Positions 55,490 to 64,000 of a stretch of DNA of 64,000 bases are shown in pieces. The stretch covers positions 7,564,001-7,628,000 of the forward strand of contig OZ024757.1 in the NCBI GenBank assembly GCA_964016885.1, in the 5' to 3' direction. Every line of letters begins with the position of its first letter. Within the stretch, counting starts at the first letter, position 1. The notes below the pieces were generated by a model that saw nothing but the letters and a program-made list of their open reading frames with translations, was not told where the DNA came from and did not search any database. The translations under genes were made by a program, and so were the position numbers. This DNA is from Eledone cirrhosa (Eukaryota).

Positions 55490-56636
55490 TAAGTGTGTAT
55501 GCGTTTGTGTGTTTATCTCTACTCTTTACATTTAACACCACCATTTTAGTCTCTTAGTTATCTTTAGTGGAAGGTATGCTGTTACAAATATTTGGACCAC
55601 ACCTCAGGGTTTTAACCCTTTCGTTTCCATAATTCTAATGAAAAGTTTTGCCTATGATTTTCAAATAATTTTGAAAATCAGTTAAGAATTTGTATTAATT
55701 AATATTAACTTTCTCTTATTTATCTAGAGTTTGGAAAATAAAAGCTGTATTATTTAAAAGTATTTATATTTATCTAAAAAGAAAAAAAAAATTCCATTAT
55801 GATTTTGCTCGGGTATTAAATAGCAGTTATGTATACCATTTATGTCAATACTTCAGTGCTGCTTCGAAAACTATACTTTTACAAAATCATCGGCTTTTTC
55901 CCAAAGGGGGTTCCTGCCCACAGGGTCCCCTACTCAATGTGTCACGTTTTATGAAAATCGGTTGTGAACTCCCAGAAGTCATGACGTTTTGTTGCATTGC
56001 ACAGCAGTGCTTCAGTCGACTCCAAGGAAGCGGTTGAAAGGGGGTTATCTGCCGGGTTATCCTATAGTCAATATCTGGAAAAATGAAAGTGCCCATGACC
56101 ATCCGGGGTACATAAGTAAGCTATGTCTTAAGTTTGGTGAAAATACTGTAGAAATGCATAAGGCTTACACACACACACGTGCGTGTGTGTGTGTTTGTGT
56201 GTATGTATTTGTGTGCGTATGTATGTGTATGTCCGTCAGCGCATATGTATGAACTGGCCTAAATCTTCACTATTTACTTTTACTATTTTAATAACCTCTG
56301 TCATTTTCATTTTCAATTTTATTTACATTCTTAAACTCTGCGGGCTGGAAATCATTCGGTTATTTTAAATAGAATATTAGTCTAACTCCATTTATACCAT
56401 AAACTTGACCTTGTCTTTGCATGAAATTGTTCTTCTCAGTCCACATAACGACGTATTATCATCGCTTTTTTCCCCTTCATTGCCAAGGAACGTCTTCACG
56501 AACCAAAATATCGTCTTTCTGTTTTCCTTTGGTTGCAACGCTTCTCGAAATACTTACTTCTGCATTCACAGATTTCAGAAGATCCCTTTAATGTTGAAAG
56601 CAGCGATTCTTTGCTTAAACTTAAATCTGTTCTTAT

Positions 56637-56759
<123 letters not shown>

Positions 56760-57259
56760 AGAGAGAGAGATGCTTTGTACGGCTTTTGGAGGAAGGAGTG
56801 ACCAGCAGTACGTTCTTCGGTATTATTACGAAAAGGTATAGCAGAGAATCCCGCGTGAACTAACAGCTCGGGAGGAAACTGCTTATCTCGAACATTCATT
56901 CGCCATCGTTCTTGTCAACGCTCCGTTTTTTTTGTATTTGTTGGTCTACAGTTTGATGAATGGCACACAAAGGGTTAATGTTTATTGGCAAGAAGTTTTT
57001 TGAATAATAAAAGACGGGTTAAAGCAACCTACAATGTATCTGTATATATATATATCTATATATATCTATATATATATAAATGTAAGTGTGTACGTACATG
57101 CATGTATACAGACGTACAGTAGTATGTATATATATATATATATATACATACATGCACACATATATGTACGTATGGGTTTACCGAACATTTATTAGACAAA
57201 CCGAACATTTATTAGACAAACCGAACATTATAATAAATGTTCGGTCAACCCATACGTAC

Positions 57260-57290
<31 letters not shown>

Positions 57291-57519
57291 CATGTGTGTA
57301 TATATATACATGCTACTGTATGTCTGTATACTTGTATGTATGTACGTATACATACTTACATTTAAGTATATTTTCCGCCTACACATAAATATAGTAAAAT
57401 TTTTAATAGAAATACTATTAAAATTTCTTACTCTACGACTCCTAACCTTGCACATAACATCACAGCTTCAAATTTAGCTAAACTACCTAGCCGTAGGAAC
57501 ACGTGCAACCCTGTAGTTA

Positions 57520-57967
57520 GTACTAACTGTAATTGTAGGAATCGGGCTGATTGCCCCTATCCGGAAAATGCCTCTCTAGTAACATTGTCTACAAATGTAA
57601 GGTTGTAACACCCACGTCCCGTAGGGCCTACACAGGGTTAACCGCCAATAGTTTCAAGCAGCGTCTTTACTTGCATACCCATTCTTTTCGTTACCCTCTA
57701 AGAAGGAATATGACGTCACTTTCAGCTTATATCTGGAGTCTAAAAGACAACCACACCCAATATAAGTTACACTGGGAGATCCTAGCTAGGGCTAGATCGT
57801 ATAACGGAAATAAAAGACCATGTGACCTCTGCGCCGCTGAGGCCCTGGAAATACTCTACGCTACACACCACATCTTAAACAAAAAATCTGAGGCAATTTC
57901 GGCTTGTAAACATAAATTGCACAAAACTTTCCTGTATTACAGCCCCACGTTATACCCTAACGGATAG
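57520..57967 (+). mobile_element. Penelope-like element remnant: GIY-YIG endonuclease
   Basis: CNCRNRADCP(frameshift)LSGKC, NIVYKC...YTGLT..FKQR..H, CDLC..E and LNKKSE motifs. Confidence 0.85.
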
Positions 57968-59088
57968 CACGATCTATACGTGGATATTTTACGTCTTGAT
58001 GTGGGAGCTAAGTATATGTTTTGTTTATTTCTTTACTTATTTGCATAGGTAAGTATATATTACCCGTATGTTTTGTGAAGGTATGTATACCTTCTCTTAC
58101 GTATATTTGACTGTTATAGCATATCATTTTTACATATTCTAGTATTTAGGGTTTGGCTGTGTATACGGGAGTTTTTCGTCCGCGTGAGTGTGCAGGTTCG
58201 TACGTATGGTGGGTGTGTGTATATGTGTACTTCTTGTTTTAGTTGACTTACGTCTCCGAACATTCGTGTATTTATATGTAGGTATGCGTGTGCGCTTGTT
58301 ATATACGTATTTATTTACTTATATACGTTTATATAATTATTTATTTATTTGTACACAAGCAAACACACACACACATATTTATATGTGCGTGGTTTTGTAT
58401 ACCCATGGTAAGGTTTTGCGTATGCTTGTGTATGTACGTATCTGTTTGCGTGTATGTATTTATTTGTTTCTATTACTTCTGTATTGTATTTATTTACTTT
58501 GTTCTTAACTCTGTAGCGGAGATTCATTTGGTCTCCTAGTTAGAATTTTAGTCTACGACTTCTGCTATACCATTTACGTGGTTTTGTCTTTGCGTGCTAT
58601 TGTTCTCCACGCTCCACATATGACTTATTATCTTCGTTTTTTCGTTCATTGGCAGAGAACGTCTTTATGCACCACCTAAGAGAACATTAGTCTACGACCT
58701 CTTTTATACCATAAACGTGGTTTTGTCTTTGCGCGTAATTGTTTTTCACCGCTCCTATTAATGACGTATTATTCGTTTTTTCCCGTTCTTTGCCAGCGAA
58801 CGTTACCACGAACCAAAGTATCGTCTTCCTGTCTTCCTCCGGTTGCAATGTTTTTTTAAATATCCAGTTCTGCGTTTACAGATTGACTTTGTTAGTTTCA
58901 GAAGATCCCGTTAAGGGTGAAAGCAGCGATTCTTTGCTTAAACTTTAATCTGTTATTTTAATAAATATTTGCTCTACGGTTCTTATATATTTGATATATA
59001 TTTTCCTTATCGAGGCCTCTTTGGATTTTAGTCTTCAATTTTATTATTATTACTATATACAGATACATATATATATATATGTGTGCAT

Positions 59089-59130
<42 letters not shown>

Positions 59131-59476
59131 ATATATACATATATTTTTATGTGTATATCTATATGTGTATATGTTTGTATATATATATATGTAAATGTGT
59201 GTATGTTTGTATATATATATATATGTGTGTGTGAATATGTATATATGCATATATAAGTATGTGTGTGTGTGTGTGAATGTAGCGAAGATAATACGTCAGC
59301 AATGACGTGTTCGTCAGAATGTCGTTATGCAGAGAGCCAGACATACAGACAGATATTATAAGGGCTCGACGGGGATCAATAACCGGCGCCAAACACCTCT
59401 TTAACAACAGAACATTGAAAAATAAAAGCTGTAGTTAGTATCTTTAGACCACAAGGAATATATAAGTGCAATTCTA

Positions 59477-60737
59477 AACATGGAAGCATGGCGTAGAATC
59501 TAAAGGCCTTAAAATTAACCTGCCTAAGACCAAAGTTCTAGTATGTAGGAAGGAAAATAGGGCACTGGTCCCATCTGGGAAATGGCCATACTCAGTGTGT
59601 AGGAAAGGAGTAGGCAGAAACTCCATTTTATGTCCCAAATGCAAAGTATGGGTGCATAAAAGATGTAGGTAAGCTATCTAAGAATATAGATTTTATATGT
59701 GGCCGGTGCTCAGGTGCAATAAGTAGCAGCAAGTGCCCACAGAATACTAGCTCATTCCATTGCACAGATGGTTCTATAGAAATAGTGGACACCTTCCGTT
59801 ACCTGGTTGAAAAAATCAGCAGTGGTGGAGGGTGCTCTGAAAGTACAGTAGCTAGAGTCAGAACAGGATGGAAAAAGTTCAGAGAGCTTATACCACTATT
59901 GGCCACTAAAGGGTTCTCTCTAAAAATGAAAGGCAGGCTGTATGATGCCTGCATACGAACAGCAATGTTACATGGCAGTGAGACTTGGGCATTGTGTGCA
60001 GAGGATCTACGTAGACTGGAGAGGAACGAAGCTTGCATGCTCCGTTGGATGTGTAATAGTAATATACATAAACGGCAAAGCATAAATTAAATAAGTGAGA
60101 AATTAGAAATAAGAGGGATCAGATGCTGTTTACTCGACGGAAGACTACGTTGGTATGGTCACGTGATGTGCATGAAAGACGACAGCTGTATAAAAAAGTG
60201 CAGGGCGATCAAAATAGACGGTAGCCACGGAGTAGGCAGACCCAGAAAAACCTGGGACGACTTGATAAATTCCGACCTCACACACTTACAACTCTCCAAG
60301 ACAATGTCACTGGACAGAGATCTTTGGCGTTACGCAGTAATACAGAAGACCCGCCTTGCCTAAGTGCAAAGCGAAACCTACAGTCAGTAGGCACCTCTTA
60401 CCAAAATTCACCCCGTCCCACTACCCCTACCCCATTCACACCACCCCTTTCGATGTAAAGTTACGTTGGTACCACAACATCCAGTCCTAAATAAATGAGG
60501 TCGTGTAGGTGTCACGACAAAAAACACACAGTCCACGCTGTAATGTGGCCGTGTAGGTAACACGGTAAAAACCTCCAAGTCCACACTGTAAACGTGGTTG
60601 GTGTTAGGAAGGGCATTCAGCCGTAGAAAACCCACCAGACAGTCTTATACGAGCAAGACAACCAATCTTGCCTCAAGTGGGAAAATTCCCGTCCAAACCC
60701 ATGCCAGCGTGGATGATGGACGTTAAACGATGATGAT
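59477..60737 (+). mobile_element. RTE subfamily C 3' portion
   Basis: PHD-like, FRYL, MLHGSETW and GRPRKTW pieces; 3' UTR; (TGA)n tail. Confidence 0.9.
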
Positions 60738-60825
60738 CATAAGTTTGAAGTCAATCGGAGTAGAAATGTGGATTTGTATAGACTTTGCAAAAATGAGGAC
60801 ACACACACAGACAACATCAGTTTTA

Positions 60826-63800
60826 TATCTGCTTATGCACCCCAATCTGGTCTACCTGATGTTATAAAGGACAGGTTCTATGAGATGCTAATGCACACTA
60901 CCTCCCAAATAACCGACAGTGACTACTTAATTATTGCTGGCGATCTAAACGGTCATGTTGGACAACATAGTGATGGCTATGATGGAATCCATGGAGGCTA
61001 TGGGGTTGGAAATAGAAATGAGGAGGGCTTCAGAATCCTGGAATTCTGTGACACAAATAGCCTCACTATCTGTAACACAAACTTCAAAAAACGTGAAAAC
61101 CACTTGATCACCTATAGATCAGAGGAACACGCCAGCCAGATGGATTATATCCTTATTAGAAGACGGGTCAAAATGTCTGTTGTAAACACTAAATCCCTCC
61201 CCCGTGAAGAATTCACCTCCCAACATAGCCTAGTAGTTAGTGACCTCATAGTCAGGAATAGACGTACTCGACGACAGAGGAGGCCTAACTTGAGGAGAAG
61301 AATATGGAAGTTGAAGGACCCCATAGCCAGTGACAAATTTAAAAGCCTATTACTTGATGCCTTTGACAATAAGGAAGAGTAATTAGAGACGTGCAATATA
61401 GAGGAACAGTGGCAGTTCTTGAAAGTGAACCTGCTGAAAGCAACTGATGAAATCTGTGGCTGGAGCAGACCTATTGGCAGGAGGAGAGTAACTCGGTGGT
61501 GGAACAGTAAGGTGGAAGAGACAATCAAGGCCAAAAAAGCAGGCTTGGAAAGTATGGCAGGATGGGGGAAGTAGAGAGCACTATCAAGTGGCCAGGGGAC
61601 AAGCTAGGCAACAAGTGTACCTTGCAAAAAGGGTAGCAGAGGATAGAAAGTTCAAGCATGTTCTACAACGTGAGGACCAAGAACGTGAGGTGTTCAGGAT
61701 TGCTGGACAATGTGTCAATGAAAACTGAGATATTGTCGGAGATAAGTGTGTCTGTAATGATAATGGTGTACTTGCGCTCACTGATACTGATAAGAAGATA
61801 GCCAGGAAGTGTCACCTACGAGAGACTATTAAATGAGGAGAATAAATGGGAAAAAAGAAAGTCTGCCCCAAATCGATCCAATAGAAGGACCAGCGGTGCA
61901 AGTTAAAGGTAGTATAATAAGTAAGGCAATCAAAGATATGAAGACAGGCAAGGCAGCTGGGTTTTCGGAGATAGTTGCTGAGATGTTGAAGGCATCTGGT
62001 ATGGTGCGACACACTATGGTCACCCGTATAGTTATCTAAGTAATACAGAATGGGGTCATACCAAAAGACTGGCGTAGCAGCATCATTATTAACTGCTACA
62101 AGATAGGGGAAACTATAGAGGCATTAAGTTAGTTGACCAGGTCATGAAGGTCACAGAAAGAGTTATAGCGTAACTAATCAGAGAGCGAATTGATCTAGAT
62201 GAAATGCAGTTTGGGTTTGTGCCAGGTAAAAGTACCACAGACGCTCTTTTCTTTGTATGACAACTACAAGAGAAGTACCTAGCTAAAAGTAAACCCCTCT
62301 ACTTAGCTTTTGTAGATCTGGAGAAAGCTTTTGACAGAGTCCCCCGCTCAATTATCTGGTGGGCTCTCAGAAAACTAGGTGTAGATGAATGGCTTGTGAG
62401 AGCTATACAAGCTATGTATAATGAAACAGTCAGTAAGGTTAGAATTAACAATGAATATTGTTAAGAATTTAGTGTAAAATTTGGCATTCATCAAGGCTCT
62501 GTCCTTAGCCCCCTCTTATTTATTATTGCCCTTCAGGCTATAACAGAGGAGTTTAAGTCCGGCTGCCCATGGGAACTCCTATACGCTGATGATCTAACAC
62601 TCATAGCTAAATCAATGGCTGAACTAGAGAAGAAATTCCAAACATGGAAGCATGGCCTAGAATCAAAAGGCCTTAAAGTTAACTTGTCTAAGACGAAAGT
62701 TCTAGTTTGTAGAAAGGAAAATAGGGCACAGGTGCCCTCGGGGAAATGGCCATGCTCAGTGTGTAGGAAAGGAGTAGGTAGAAATTCCATTTTATGTCCC
62801 AAATGCAAAGTATGGGTACATAAAAGATGTAGTGGGCATCACAGGTAAAACTATCTAAGAACGTAGACTTTATATGTGGCTGATGCTCAGGTGCAATAAG
62901 TAGCAAGTGTCCAAAGGATACTAGCTCCTTCTATTGCCCAGATGGTTCTGTAGAAATACTAGACACTTTCCGTTACCTGGGTGACGAAATCAGCAGTGGT
63001 GGAGGGTGTTCTGAAAGTACAGTAGCCAGTCAGAACGGGATGGAAAAAGTTCAGAGAGCTTATACCGCTGTTGGCCACAAAAGGTTGCTCTCTAAAAATG
63101 AAAGGCATATTGTATGATGCTTGTATATGAACAGCAATGCTACATGGCAGTGAGACATGGGCATTACGTGCAGAGGACCTGCGTAGACTGGAAAGGAACG
63201 AAGCATGTATGCTCCGTTGGATGTGTAATAGTAATATACGTGAACAGCAAAGCATAAATGAACTAAGTGAGAAATTAGGAATGAGAGGGATCAGCTTCTG
63301 TTTACTCGAGAGAAGACTACGTTGGTATGGCCACGCGATGCGCGTGAAAGACGACAGCTGCCTAACAAATCAGTAGGGCGATCAAAATTGATGGTAGTTA
63401 CGGAGTAGGTAGACGCAGAAAAACCTGGGATGAAATACAGAAGACCCGCCTTGCCTATGTACAAAGCGAAACCTATAGTCAGTAGGCACCTCTTGACCAA
63501 ATATACACCCCAGTCCACTACCCCTACCCTATCCTCCCACTCCCACCAACAGCACGAGAAAATGAGCTCGATATCGTGTAGGTGTCACGACAAAAAAACA
63601 CACAGTCCACACTGTAATGTGGCCGTGTAGGTAACACGGTAAAAAGTTCCCAGTTCCACGCAGTAAATGTGGTTGGTGTTAGGAAGGGCATCCAGCCGTA
63701 GAAAACCTTCCAGATAGTCCTATATGAGGAGACGGTTACCCGACCAGCCTTGCCTCAAATGGGACAACTCCCGTCTAACCCATGCTAGCGTGGAAAATGG

Positions 63801-63837
63801 ACGTTAAACGATGATGATGATGATGATGATGATGATG
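60826..63837 (+). mobile_element. RTE subfamily C, near full-length but heavily frameshifted
   Basis: SAYAPQ, GDLNGH, RT, PHD-like and C-terminal pieces in order; long (TGA)n tail at about 63810-63837. Confidence 0.92.
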
Positions 63838-64000
63838 AATGGAATGTTTGATTTTTCCTTTTAGATAAATGTCATTCTATATATAAATTTCAGCGACTTC
63901 TGTCTCACACACATACACACACTGTGTGTGTGTAAAAGGAAAGAAGGATGGAGAAAAACTATAGCAAAACGGTCACTGGTGTTCCATTTGATATGCTGTG

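Noticed and set aside
59290-59325. CTGACGA plus hairpin on the minus strand
   Set aside because: No GAAA after the hairpin; part of a Helitron-like repeat

Overview
Eukaryotic, AT-rich, transposon-saturated DNA, most likely from an octopus. This is inferred from the RTE LINE and tRNA-SINE families, the single-coding-exon C2H2 zinc-finger cluster and the huge (TA)n arrays. The window holds one intact 19-finger C2H2 ZNF gene (28578-30272, minus strand) and a rearranged, pseudogenised paralogous block (about 1-16.2 kb versus 20.1-36.9 kb). It also has roughly 25 fragments of at least four RTE LINE subfamilies that carry a PHD-type C4HC3 finger inside the RT, a Tc1/mariner remnant, MITEs, non-autonomous Helitrons, SINEs, a Penelope-like GIY-YIG remnant and two probable calponin/transgelin-family exons. 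The most notable signal is not in the ORF track. At least four unrelated sequence families carry type-I hammerhead ribozymes, most with palindromic helix III. Two of these families are non-coding 470-520 bp circularly permuted units inserted head-to-head into (TA)n microsatellites, which resembles Penelope-dependent retrozymes. One copy has a deletion junction exactly at the predicted self-cleavage site. All folds and alignments were done by eye, and repeat boundaries are approximate.
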